Of a stretch of 64,000 nucleotides of DNA, positions 12,501 through 28,000 are shown in pieces (position 1 is the stretch's first letter; each line of letters starts with the position of its first letter). Origin of the DNA: the human T2T-CHM13v2.0 reference genome, Homo sapiens; NCBI RefSeq assembly GCF_009914755.1, contig NC_060925.1; one strand, 5' to 3'. The notes beneath the pieces were generated by a model, which saw only the letters and a list, made by a program, of their open reading frames with translations, did no database searches and was not told the DNA's origin. Position numbers and translations under genes: made by a program.

Positions 12501-14908
12501 CAACACCAAACGGAAAAAAACGGAATTATCGAATGGAATCGAAGAGAATCTTCGAACGGACCCGAATGGAATCATCTAATGGAATGGAATGGAATAATCC
12601 ATGGACTCGAATGCAATCATCATCGAATGGAATCGAATGGAATCATCGAATGGACTCGAATGGAATAATCATTGAACGGAATCGAATGGAATCATCATCG
12701 GATGGAAACGAATGGAATCATCATCGAGTGGAAATGAAAGGAGTCATCATCTAATGGAATTGCATGGAATCATCATAAAATGGAATCGAATGGAATCAAC
12801 ATCAAATGGAATCAAATGGAATCATTGAACGGAATTGAATGGAATCGTCATCGAATGAATTGACTGCAATCATCCAATGGTCTCGAATGGAATCATCTTC
12901 AAATGGAATGGAATGGAATCATCGCATAGAATCGAATGGAATTATCATCGAATGGAATCGAATGGAATCAACATCAAACGGAAAAAAACGGAATTATCGA
13001 ATGGAATCGAAGAGAATCATCGAATGGACCCGAATGGAATCATCTAATGGAATGGAATGGAATAATCCATGGACTCCAATGCAATCATCATCGAATGGAA
13101 TCGAATGGAATCATCGAATGAACTCGAATGGAATCATCATTGAATGGAATCGAATGGAATCATCGAGTGGAATCGAATGGAATTATGATCAAATGGAATT
13201 GAATGTAATCATCATCAAATGGAATCAAAAATAACCATCATCAATTGGTATTGAATGGAATTGTCATCAAATGGAATTCAAAGGAATCATCATCAAATGG
13301 AACCGAATGGAATCCTCATTGAATGGAAATGAAAGGGGTCATCATCTAATGGAATCGCATGGAATCATCATCAAATGGAATCGAATGGAATCATCATCAA
13401 ATGGAATCTAATGGAATCATTGAACAGAATTGAATGGAATCGTCATCGAATGAATTGAATGCAATCATCGAATGGTCTCGAATGGAATCATCTTCTAATG
13501 GAAAGGAATGGAATCATCGCATAGAATCGAATGGAATTATCATCGAATGGAATCGAATGGTATCAACACCAAACGGAAAAAAACGGAATTATCGAATGGA
13601 ATCGAAGAGAATCTTCGAACGGACCCGAATGGAATCATCTAATGGAATGGAATGGAATAATCCATGGACTCGAATGCAATCATCATCGAATGGAATCGAA
13701 TGGAATCATCGAATGGACTCGAATGGAATAATCATTGAACGGAATCGAATGGAATCATCATCGGATGGAAACGAATGGAATCATCATCGAATGGAAATGA
13801 AAGGAGTCATCATCTAATGGAATTGCATGGAATCATCATAAAATGGAATCGAATGGAATCAACATCAAATGGAATCAAATGGAATCATTGAACGGAATTG
13901 AATGGAATCGTCATCGAATGAATTGACTGCAATCATCCAATGGTCTCGAATGGAATCATCTTCAAATGGAATGGAATGGAATCATCGCATAGAATCGAAT
14001 GGAATTATCATCGAATGGAATCGAATGGAATCAACATCAAACGGAAAAAAACGGAATTATCGAATGGAATCGAAGAGAATCATCGAATGGCCCCGAATGG
14101 AATCATCTAATGGAATGGAATTGAATAATCGATGGACTCGAATGCAATCATCATCGAATGGAATCGAATCGAATCATCGAATGGACTCGAATGGAATAAT
14201 CATTGAATGGAATCGAATGGAATCATCATCGGATGGAAATGAATGGAATCATCATCGAATGGAATCGAATAGAATTATGGAATGAAATCCAGTGTGATCA
14301 TCATCGAATGGACCCGAATGGAATCATCATCCAACGGAAGCTAATGGAATCAACATCGAATGAATCAAATGGAAACACCATCGAATTGAAACGAATGGAA
14401 TTATCATGAAATTGAAATGGATGGACTCATCATCGAATGGATTCGAATGGAATCATCGAATAAAATTGATTGAAATCATCATCGAATGGAATCGAATGGT
14501 ATCATTGAATGGAATCGAATGGAATCATCATCAGATGGAAATGAATGGAATCGTCATAGAATGGAATCGAATGGATTCATTGAATGGAATCAGATGGAAT
14601 CATCGAATGGACTGGAATGGAATCATTGAATGGACTCGAAAGGGATCATGATTGAATGGAATTGAATGGAATCATCGAATGGTCTCGATTGGAATCATTA
14701 TCAAATGGAATCGAATGGAATCACCGAATAGAATCGAATGGAACAATCATCGAATGGACTCAAATGGAATTATCCTCAAATGGAATCGAATGGAATTATC
14801 GAATGCAATCGAATGGAATTATCGAATGCAATCGAATAGAATCATCGAATGGACTCGAATGGAATCATCGAATGGAATGGAATGGAACAGTCAATGAACT
14901 CGAATGGA
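3553..14908 (+). repeat. Higher-order repeat: 4 x 2839 bp (1063-bp deleted unit + 1776-bp full unit)
   Basis: ORF starts 3854, 4917, 6693, 7756, 9532, 10595, 12371 and 13434 alternate 1063/1776. The same deletion junction occurs at 4600, 7439, 10278 and 13117. Short units share CATCGAGTGGAAATG. Long units share GGCCCCG and GAATTGAATAATCG. Confidence 0.93.
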
Positions 14909-17489
14909 ATCATCATTGAATGGAATCGAATGGAATCATCGAGTGGAATCGAATGGAATTATGATCAAATGGAATCGAATGTTATCATCATCAAATGGAA
15001 TCAAAAATAACCATCATCAATTGGTATTGAATGGAATTGTCATCAAATGGAATTCAAAGGAATCATCATCAAATGTGACCGAATGGAATCCTCATTGAAT
15101 GGAAATGAAAGGGGTCATCATCTAATGGAATCGCATGGAATCATCATCAAATGGAATCGAATGGAATCATCATCAAATGGAATCTAATGGAATCATTGAA
15201 CAGAATTGAATGGAATCGTCATCGAATGAATTGTATGCAATCATCGAATGGTCTCGAATGGAATCATCTTCTAATGGAAAGGAATGGAATCATCGCATAG
15301 AATCGAATGGAATTATCATCGAATGGAATTGAATGGTATCAACACCAAACGGAAAAAAAACGGAATTATCGAATGGAATCGAAGAGAATCTTTGAACGGA
15401 CCCGAATGGAATCATCTAATGGAATGGAATGGAATAATCCATGAACTCGAATGCAATCATCATCGAATGGAATCGAATGGAATCATCGAATGGACTCGAA
15501 TGGAATAATCATTGAACGGAATCGAATGGAATCATCATCGGATGGAAACGAATGGAATCATCATCGAATGGAAATGAAAGGAGTCATCATCTAATGGAAT
15601 TGCATGGAATCATCATAAAATGGAATCGAATGGAATCAACATCAAATGGAATCAAATGGAATCATTGAACGGAATTGAATGGAATCGTCATCGAATGAAT
15701 TGACTGCAATCATCGAATGGTCTCGAATGGAATCATCTTCAAATGGAATGGAATGGAATCATCGCATAGAATCGAATGGAATTATCATCGAATGGAATCG
15801 AATGGAATCAACATCAAACGGAAAAAAACGGAATTATCGAATGGAATCGAAGAGAATCATCGAATGGACCCGAATGGAATCATCTAATGGAATGGAATGG
15901 AATAATCCATGGACTCGAATGCAATCATCATCGAATGGAATCGAATGGAATCATCGAATGGACTCGAATGGAATAAACATTGAACGGAAACGAATGGAAT
16001 CATCATCGGATGGAAATGAATGGAATCATCATCGAATGGAATCGAATAGAATTATGGAATGAAATCCAGTGTGATCATCATCGAATGGACCCGAATGGAA
16101 TCATCATCCAACGGAAGCTAATGGAATCAACATCGAATGAATCGAATGGAATCACCATCGAATTGAAACGAATGGAATTATCATGAAATTGAAATGGATG
16201 GACTCATCATCGAATGGATTCGAATGGAATCATCGAATAAAATTGATTGAAATCATCATCGAATTGAATCGAATTGTATCATTGAATGGAATCGAATGGA
16301 ATCATCATCAGATGGAAATGAATGGAATCGTCATAGAATGGAATCGAATGGATTCATTGAATGGAATCAGATGGAATCATCGAATGGACTGGAATGGAAT
16401 CATTGAATGGACTCGAAAGGGATCATGATTGAATGGAATTGAATGGAATCATCGAATGGTCTCGATTGGAATCATTATCAAATGGAATCGAATGGAATCA
16501 CCGAATAGAATCGAATGGAACAATCATCGAATGGACTCAAATGGAATTATCCTCAAATGGAATCGAATGGAATTATCGAATGCAATCGAATGGAATTATC
16601 GAATGCAATCGAATAGAATCATCGAATGGACTCGAATGGAATCATCGAATGGAATGGAATGGAACAGTCAATGAACTCGAATGGAATCATCATTGAATGG
16701 AATCGAATGGAATCATCGAGTGGAATCGAATGGAATTATGATCAAATGGAATCGAATGTAATCATCATCAAATGGAATCAAAAATAACCATCATCAATTG
16801 GTATTGAATGGAATTGTCATCAAATGGAATTCAAAGGAATCATCATCAAATGGAACCGAATGGAATCCTCATTGAATGGAAATGAAAGGGGTCATCATCT
16901 AATGGAATCGCATGGAATCATCATCAAATGGAATCGAATGGAATCATCATCAAATGGAATCTAATGGAATCATTGAACAGAATTGAATGGAATCGTCATC
17001 GAATGAATTGAATGCAATCATCGAATGGTCTCGAATGGAATCATCTTCTAATGGAAAGGAATGGAATCATCGCATAGAATCGAATGGAATTATCATCGAA
17101 TGGAATCGAATGGTATCAACACCAAACGGAAAAAAACGGAATTATCGAATGGAATCGAAGAGAATCTTCGAACGGACCCGAATGGAATCATCTAATGGAA
17201 TGGAATGGAATAATCCATGGACTCGAATGCAATCATCATCGAATGGAATCGAATGGAATCATCGAATGGACTCGAATGGAATAATCATTGAACGGAATCG
17301 ATTGGAATCATCATCGGATGGAAACGAATGGAATCATCATCGAATGGAAATGAAAGGAGTCATCATCTAATGGAATTGCATGGAATCATCATAAAATGGA
17401 ATCGAATGGAATCAACATCAAATGGAATCAAATGGAATCATTGAACGGAATTGAATGGAATCGTCATCGAATGAATTGACTGCAATCAT

Positions 17490-20400
17490 CGAATGGTCTC
17501 GAATGGAATCATCTTCAAATGGAATGGAATGGAATCATCGCATAGAATCGAATGGAATTATCATCGAATGGAATCGAATGGAATCAACATCAAACGGAAA
17601 AAAACGGAATTATCGAATGGAATCGAAGAGAATCATCGAATGGACCCGAATGGAATCATCTAATGGAATGGAATGGAATAATCCATGGACTCGAATGCAA
17701 TCATCATCGAATGGAATCGAATGGAATCATCGAATGGACTCGAATGGAATAATCATTGAACGGAATCGAATGGAATCATCATCGGATGGAAATGAATGGA
17801 ATCATCATCGAATGGAATCGAATAGAATTATGGAATGAAATCCAGTGTGATCATCATCGAATGGACCCGAATGGAATCATCATCCAACGGAAGCTAATGG
17901 AATCAACATCGAATGAATCAAATGGAAACACCACCGAATTGAAACGAATGGAATTACCATGAAATTGAAATGGATGGACTCATCATCGAATGGATTCGAA
18001 TGGAATCATCGAATAAAATTGATTGAAATCATCATCGAATGGAATCGAATGGTATCATTGAATGGAATCGAATGGAATCATCATCAGATGGAAATGAATG
18101 GAATCGTCATAGAATGGAATCGAATGGATTCATTGAATGGAATCAGATGGAATCATCGAATGGACTGGAATGGAATCATTGAATGGACTCGAAAGGGATC
18201 ATGATTGAATGGAATTGAATGGAATCATCGAATGGTCTCGATTGGAATCATTATCAAATGGAATCGAATGGAATCACCGAATAGAATCGAATGGAACAAT
18301 CATCGAATGGACTCAAATGGAATTATCCTCAAATGGAATCGAATGGAATTATCAAATGCAATCGAATGGAATTATCGAATGCAATCGAATAGAATCATCG
18401 AATGGACTCGAATGGAATCATCGAATGGAATGGAATGGAACAGTCAATGAACTCGAATGGAATCATCATTGAATGGAATCGAATGGAATCATCGAGTGGA
18501 ATCGAATGGAATTATGATCAAATAGAATCGAATGTTATCATCATCAAATGGAATCAAAAATAACCATCATCAATTGGTATTGAATGGAATTGTCATCAAA
18601 TAGAATTCAAAGGAATCATCATCAAATGGAACCGAATGGAATCCTCATTGAATGGAAATGAAAGGGGTCATCATCTAATGGAATCGCATGGAATCATCAT
18701 CAAATGGAATCGAATGGAATCATCATCAAATGGAATCTAATGGAATCATTGAACAGAATTGAATGGAATCGTCATCGAATGAATTGAATGCAATCATCGA
18801 ATGGTCTCTAATGGAATCATCTTCTAATGGAAAGGAATGGAATCATCGCATAGAATCGAATGGAATTATCATCGAATGGAATCGAATGGTATCAACACCA
18901 AACGGAAAAAAAACGGAATTATCGAATGGAATCGAAGAGAATCTTCGAACGGACCCGAATGGAATCATCTAATGGAATGGAATGGAATAATCCATGAACT
19001 CGAATGCAATCATCATCGAATGGAATCGAATGGAATCATCGAATGGACTCGAATGGAATAATCATTGAACGGAATCGAATGGAATCATCATCGGATGGAA
19101 ACGAATGGAATCATCATCGAATGGAAATGAAAGGAGTCATCATCTAATGGAATTGCATGGAATCATCATAAAATGGAATCGAATGGAATCAACATCAAAT
19201 GGAATCAAATGGAATCATTGAACGGAATTGAATGGAATCGTCATCGAATGAATTGACTGCAATCATCCAATGGTCTCGAATGGAATCATCTTCAAATGGA
19301 ATGGAATGGAATCATCGCATAGAATCGAATGGAATTATCATCGAATGGAATCGAATGGAATCAACATCCAACGGAAAAAAACGGAATTATCGAATGGAAT
19401 CGAAGAGAATCATCGAATGGACCCGAATGGAATCATCTAATGGAATGGAATTGAATAATCGATGGACTCGAATGCAATCATCATCGAATGGAATCGAATG
19501 GAATCATCGAATGGACTCGAATGGAATAATCATTGAACGGAATCGAATGGAATCATCATCGGATGGAAATGAATGGAATCATCATCGAATGGAATCGAAT
19601 AGAATTATGGAATGAAATCCACTGTGATCATCATCGAATGGACCCGAATGGAATCATCATCCAACGGAAGCTAATGGAATCAACATCGAATGAATCAAAT
19701 GGAAACACCATCGAATTGAAACGAATGGAATTATCATGAAATTGAAATGGATGGACTCATCATCGAATGGATTCGAATGGAATCATCGAATAAAATTGAT
19801 TGAAATCATCATCGAATGGAATCGAATGGTATCATTGAATGGAATCGAATGGAATCATCATCAGATGGAAATGAATGGAATCGTCATAGAATGGAATCGA
19901 ATGGATTCATTGAATGGAATCAGATGGAATCATCGAATGGACTGGAATGGAATCATTGAATGGACTCGAAAGGGATCATGATTGAATGGAATTGAATGGA
20001 ATCATCGAATGGTCTCGATTGGAATCATTATCAAATGGAATCGAATGGAATCACCGAATAGAATCGAATGGAACAATCATCGAATGGACTCAAATGGAAT
20101 TATCCTCAAATGGAATCGAATGGAATTATCAAATGCAATCGAATGGAATTATCGAATGCAATCGAATAGAATCATCGAATGGACTCGAATGGAATCATCG
20201 AATGGAATGGAATGGAACAGTCAATGAACTCGAATGGAATCATCATTGAATGGAATCGAATGGAATCATCGAGTGGAATCGAATGGAATTATGATCAAAT
20301 GGAATCGAATGTTATCATCATCAAATGGAATCAAAAATAACCATCATCAATTGGTATTGAATGGAATTGTCATCAAATGGAATTCAAAGGAATCATCATC

Positions 20401-23400
20401 AAATGGAACCGAATGGAATCCTCATTGAATGGAAATGAAAGGGGTCATCATCTAATGGAATCGCATGGAATCATCATCAAATGGAATCGAATGGAATCAT
20501 CATCAAATGGAATCTAATGGAATCATTGAACAGAATTGAATGGAATCGTCATCGAATGAATTGAATGCAATCATCGAATGGTCTCGAATGGAATCATCTT
20601 CTAATGGAAAGGAATGGAATCATCGCATAGAATCGAATGGAATTATCATCGAATGGAATCGAATGGTATCAACACCAAACGGAAAAAAACGGAATTATCG
20701 AATGGAATCGAAGAGAATCTTCGAACGGACCCGAATGGAATCATCTAATGGAATGGAATGGAATAATCCATGAACTCGAATGCAATCATCATCGAATGGA
20801 ATCGAATGGAATCATCGAATGGACTCGAATGGAATAATCATTGAACGGAATCGAATGGAATCATCATCGGATGGAAACGAATGGAATCATCATCGAATGG
20901 AAATGAAAGGAGTCATCATCTAATGGAATTGCATGGAATCATCATAAAATGGAATCGAATGGAATCAACATCAAATGGAATCAAATGGAATCATTGAACG
21001 GAATTGAATGGAATCGTCATCGAATGAATTGAATGCAATCATCGAATGGTCTCGAATGGAATCATCTTCAAATGGAATGGAATGGAATCATCGCATAGAA
21101 TCGAATGGAATTATCATCGAATGGAATCGAATGGAATCAACATCAAACGGAAAAAAACGGAATTATCGAATGGAATCGAAGAGAATCATCGAATGGACCC
21201 GAATGGAATCATCTAATGGAATGGAATGGAATAATCCATGGACTCGAATGCAATCATCATCGAATGGAATCGAATGGAATCATCGAATGGACTCGAATGG
21301 AATAATCATTGAACGGAATCGAATGGAATCATCATCGGATGGAAATGAATGGAATCATCATCGAATGGAATCGAATAGAATTATGGAATGAAATCCAGTG
21401 TGATCATCATCGAATGGACCCGAATGGAATCATCATCCAACGGAAGCTAATGGAATCAACATCGAATGAATCAAATGGAAACACCACCGAATTGAAACGA
21501 ATGGAATTACCATGAAATTGAAATGGATGGACTCATCATCGAATGGATTCGAATGGAATCATCGAATAAAATTGATTGAAATCATCATCGAATGGAATCG
21601 AATGGTATCATTGAATGGAATCGAATGGAATCATCATCAGATGGAAATGAATGGAATCGTCATAGAATGGAATCGAATGGATTCATTGAATGGAATCAGA
21701 TGGAATCATCGAATGGACTGGAATGGAATCATTGAATGGACTCGAAAGGGATCATTATTGAATGGAATTGAATGGAATCATCGAATGGTCTCGATTGGAA
21801 TCATTATCAAATGGAATCGAATGGAATCACCGAATAGAATCGAATGGAACAATCATCGAATGGACTCAAATGGAATTATCCTCAAATGGAATCGAATGGA
21901 ATTATCAAATGCAATCGAATGGAATTATCGAATGCAATCGAATAGAATCATCGAATGGACTCGAATGGAATCATCGAATGGAATGGAATGGAACAGTCAA
22001 TGAACTCGAATGGAATCATCATTGAATGGAATCGAATGGAATCATCGAGTGGAATCGAATGGAATTATGATCAAATAGAATCGAATGTTATCATCATCAA
22101 ATGGAATCAAAAATAACCATCATCAATTGGTATTGAATGGAATTGTCATCAAATAGAATTCAAAGGAATCATCATCAAATGGAACCGAATGGAATCCTCA
22201 TTGAATGGAAATGAAAGGGGTCATCATCTAATGGAATCGCATGGAATCATCATCAAATGGAATCGAATGGAATCATCATCAAATGGAATCTAATGGAATC
22301 ATTGAACAGAATTGAATGGAATCGTCATCGAATGAATTGAATGCAATCATCGAATGGTCTCTAATGGAATCATCTTCTAATGGAAAGGAATGGAATCATC
22401 GCATAGAATCGAATGGAATTATCATCGAATGGAATCGAATGGTATCAACACCAAACGGAAAAAAAACGGAATTATCGAATGGAATCGAAGAGAATCTTCG
22501 AACGGACCCGAATGGAATCATCTAATGGAATGGAATGGAATAATCCATGAACTCGAATGCAATCATCATCGAATGGAATCGAATGGAATCATCGAATGGA
22601 CTCGAATGGAATAATCATTGAACGGAATCGAATGGAATCATCATCGGATGGAAACGAATGGAATCATCATCGAATGGAAATGAAAGGAGTCATCATCTAA
22701 TGGAATTGCATGGAATCATCATAAAATGGAATCGAATGGAATCAACATCAAATGGAATCAAATGGAATCATTGAACGGAATTGAATGGAATCGTCATCGA
22801 ATGAATTGACTGCAATCATCCAATGGTCTCGAATGGAATCATCTTCAAATGGAATGGAATGGAATCATCGCATAGAATCGAATGGAATTATCATCGAATG
22901 GAATCGAATGGAATCAACATCCAACGGAAAAAAACGGAATTATCGAATGGAATCGAAGAGAATCATCGAATGGACCCGAATGGAATCATCTAATGGAATG
23001 GAATTGAATAATCGATGGACTCGAATGCAATCATCATCGAATGGAATCGAATGGAATCATCGAATGGACTCGAATGGAATAATCATTGAACGGAATCGAA
23101 TGGAATCATCATCGGATGGAAATGAATGGAATCATCATCGAATGGAATCGAATAGAATTATGGAATGAAATCCACTGTGATCATCATCGAATGGACCCGA
23201 ATGGAATCATCATCCAACGGAAGCTAATGGAATCAACATCGAATGAATCAAATGGAAACACCATCGAATTGAAACGAATGGAATTATCATGAAATTGAAA
23301 TGGATGGACTCATCATCGAATGGATTCGAATGGAATCATCGAATAAAATTGATTGAAATCATCATCGAATGGAATCGAATGGTATCATTGAATGGAATCG

Positions 23401-25020
23401 AATGGAATCATCATCAGATGGAAATGAATGGAATCGTCATAGAATGGAATCGAATGGATTCATTGAATGGAATCAGATGGAATCATCGAATGGACTGGAA
23501 TGGAATCATTGAATGGACTCGAAAGGGATCATGATTGAATGGAATTGAATGGAATCATCGAATGGTCTCGATTGGAATCATTATCAAATGGAATCGAATG
23601 GAATCACCGAATAGAATCGAATGGAACAATCATCGAATGGACTCAAATGGAATTATCCTCAAATGGAATCGAATGGAATTATCAAATGCAATCGAATGGA
23701 ATTATCGAATGCAATCGAATAGAATCATCGAATGGACTCGAATGGAATCATCGAATGGAATGGAATGGAACAGTCAATGAACTCGAATGGAATCATCATT
23801 GAATGGAATCGAATGGAATCATCGAGTGGAATCGAATGGAATTATGATCAAATGGAATCGAATGTTATCATCATCAAATGGAATCAAAAATAACCATCAT
23901 CAATTGGTATTGAATGGAATTGTCATCAAATGGAATTCAAAGGAATCATCATCAAATGGAACCGAATGGAATCCTCATTGAATGGAAATGAAAGGGGTCA
24001 TCATCTAATGGAATCGCATGGAATCATCATCAAATGGAATCGAATGGAATCATCATCAAATGGAATCTAATGGAATCATTGAACAGAATTGAATGGAATC
24101 GTCATCGAATGAATTGAATGCAATCATCGAATGGTCTCGAATGGAATCATCTTCTAATGGAAAGGAATGGAATCATCGCATAGAATCGAATGGAATTATC
24201 ATCGAATGGAATCGAATGGTATCAACACCAAACGGAAAAAAACGGAATTATCGAATGGAATCGAAGAGAATCTTCGAACGGACCCGAATGGAATCATCTA
24301 ATGGAATGGAATGGAATAATCCATGAACTCGAATGCAATCATCATCGAATGGAATCGAATGGAATCATCGAATGGACTCGAATGGAATAATCATTGAACG
24401 GAATCGAATGGAATCATCATCGGATGGAAACGAATGGAATCATCATCGAATGGAAATGAAAGGAGTCATCATCTAATGGAATTGCATGGAATCATCATAA
24501 AATGGAATCGAATGGAATCAACATCAAATGGAATCAAATGGAATCATTGAACGGAATTGAATGGAATCGTCATCGAATGAATTGAATGCAATCATCGAAT
24601 GGTCTCGAATGGAATCATCTTCAAATGGAATGGAATGGAATCATCGCATAGAATCGAATGGAATTATCATCGAATGGAATCGAATGGAATCAACATCAAA
24701 CGGAAAAAAACGGAATTATCGAATGGAATCGAAGAGAATCATCGAATGGACCCGAATGGAATCATCTAATGGAATGGAATGGAATAATCCATGGACTCGA
24801 ATGCAATCATCATCGAATGGAATCGAATGGAATCATCGAATGGACTCGAATGGAATAATCATTGAACGGAATCGAATGGAATCATCATCGGATGGAAATG
24901 AATGGAATCATCATCGAATGGAATCGAATAGAATTATGGAATGAAATCCAGTGTGATCATCATCGAATGGACCCGAATGGAATCATCATCCAACGGAAGC
25001 TAATGGAATCAACATCGAAT
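17490..25020 (+). repeat. Dimeric higher-order repeat, about 2 x 3553 bp (1777 + 1776)
   Basis: Private variants AATAGAATCG, TAGAATTC, GGTCTCTA and CCACTGTG occur in the units at 18462 and 22015. ACCACCG/TTACCATG occur near 17930 and 21483. Boundaries are approximate. Confidence 0.85.
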
Positions 25021-28000
25021 GAATCGAATGGAAACACCATCGAATTGAAACGAATGGAATTATCATGAAATTGAAATGGATGGACTCATCATCGAATGGA
25101 TTCGAATGGAATCATCGAATAAAATTGATTGAAATCATCATCGAATGGAATCGAATGGTATCATTGAATGGAATCGAATGGAATCATCATCAGATGGAAA
25201 TGAATGGAATCGTCATAGAATGGAATCGAATGGATTCATTGAATGGAATCAGATGGAATCATCGAATGGACTGGAATGGAATCATTGAATGGACTCGAAA
25301 GGGATCATTATTGAATGGAATTGAATGGAATCATCGAATGGTCTCGATTGGAATCATTATCAAATGGAATCGAATGGAATCACCGAATAGAATCGAATGG
25401 AACAATCATCGAATGGACTCAAATGGAATTATCCTCCAATGGAATCGAATGGAATTATCGAATGCAATCGAATGGAATTATCGAATGCAATCGAATAGAA
25501 TCATCGAATGGACTCGAATGGAATCATCGAATGGAATGGAATGGAACAGTCAATGAACTCGAATGGAATCATCATTGAATGGAATCGAATGGAATCATCG
25601 AGTGGAATCGAATGGAATTATGATCAAATGGTATCGAATGTAATCATCATCAAATGGAATCAAAAATAACCATCATCAATTGGTATTGAATGGAATTGTC
25701 ATCAAATGGAATTCAAAGGAATCATCATCAAATGGAACCGAATGGAATCCTCATTGAATGGAAATGAAAGGGGTCATCATCTAATGGAATCGCATGGAAT
25801 CATCATCAAATGGAATCGAATGGAATCATCATCAAATGGAATCTAATGGAATCATTGAACAGAATTGAATGGAATCGTCATCGAATGAATTGAATGCAAT
25901 CATCGAATGGTCTCGAATGGAATCATCTTCTAATGGAAAGGAATGGAATCATCGCATAGAATCGAATGGAATTATCATCGAATGGAATCGAATGGTATCA
26001 ACACCAAACGGAAAAAAACGGAATTATCGAATGGAATCGAAGAGAATCTTCGAACGGACCCGAATGGAATCATCTAATGGAATGGAATGGAATAATCCAT
26101 GAACTCGAATGCAATCATCATCGAATGGAATCGAATGGAATCATCGAATGGACTCGAATGGAATAATCATTGAACGGAATCGAATGGAATCATCATCGGA
26201 TGGAAACGAATGGAATCATCATCGAATGGAAATGAAAGGAGTCATCATCTAATGGAATTGCATGGAATCATCATAAAATGGAATCGAATGGAATCAACAT
26301 CAAATGGAATCAAATGGAATCATTGAACGGAATTGAATGGAATCGTCATCGAATGAATTGAATGCAATCATCGAATGGTCTCGAATGGAATCATCTTCAA
26401 ATGGAATGGAATGGAATCATCGCATAGAATCGAATGGAATTATCATCGAATGGAATCGAATGGAATCAACATCAAACGGAAAAAAACGGAATTATCGAAT
26501 GGAATCGAAGAGAATCATCGAATGGACCCGAATGGAATCATCTAATGGAATGGAATGGAATAATCCATGGACTCGAATGCAATCATCATCCAATGGAATC
26601 GAATGGAATCATCGAATGGACTCGAATGGAATAATCATTGAATGGAATCGAATGGAATCATCATCGGATGGAAATGAATGGAATCATCATCGAATGGAAT
26701 CGAATAGAATTATGGAATGAAATCCAGTGTGATCATCATCGAATGGACCCGAATGGAATCATCATCCAACGGAAGCTAATGGAATCAACATCGAATGAAT
26801 CGAATGGAAACACCATCGAATTGAAACGAATGGAATTATCATGAAATTGAAATGGATGGACTCATCATCGAATGGATTCGAATGGAATCATCGAATAAAA
26901 TTGATTGAAATCATCATCGAATGGAATCGAATGGTATCATTGAATGGAATCGAATGGAATCATCATCAGATGGAAATGAATGGAATCGTCATAGAATGGA
27001 ATCGAATGGATTCATTGAATGGAATCAGATGGAATCATCGAATGGACTGGAATGGAATCATTGAATGGACTCGAAAGGGATCATTATTGAATGGAATTGA
27101 ATGGAATCATCGAATGGTCTCGATTGGAATCATTATCAAATGGAATCGAATGGAATCACCGAATAGAATCGAATGGAACAATCATCGAATGGACTCAAAT
27201 GGAATTATCCTCCAATGGAATCGAATGGAATTATCGAATGCAATCGAATGGAATTATCGAATGCAATCGAATAGAATCATCGAATGGACTCGAATGGAAT
27301 CATCGAATGGAATGGAATGGAACAGTCAATGAACTCGAATGGAATCATCATTGAATGGAATCGAATGGAATCATCGAGTGGAATCGAATGGAATTATGAT
27401 CAAATGGAATCGAATGTAATCATCATCAAATGGAATCAAAAATAACCATCATCAATTGGTATTGAATGGAATTGTCATCAAATGGAATTCAAAGGAATCA
27501 TCATCAAATGGAACCGAATGGAATCCTCATTGAATGGAAATGAAAGGGGTCATCATCTAATGGAATCGCATGGAATCATCATCAAATGGAATCGAATGGA
27601 ATCATCATCAAATGGAATCTAATGGAATCATTGAACAGAATTGAATGGAATCGTCATCGAATGAATTGAATGCAATCATCGAATGGTCTCGAATGGAATC
27701 ATCTTCTAATGGAAAGGAATGGAATCATCGCATAGAATCGAATGGAATTATCATCGAATGGAATCGAATGGTATCAACACCAAACGGAAAAAAACGGAAT
27801 TATCGAATGGAATCGAAGAGAATCTTCGAACGGACCCGAATGGAATCATCTAATGGAATGGAATGGAATAATCCATGAACTCGAATGCAATCATCATCGA
27901 ATGGAATCGAATGGAATCATCGAATGGACTCGAATGGAATAATCATTGAACGGAATCGAATGGAATCATCATCGGATGGAAACGAATGGAATCATCATCG

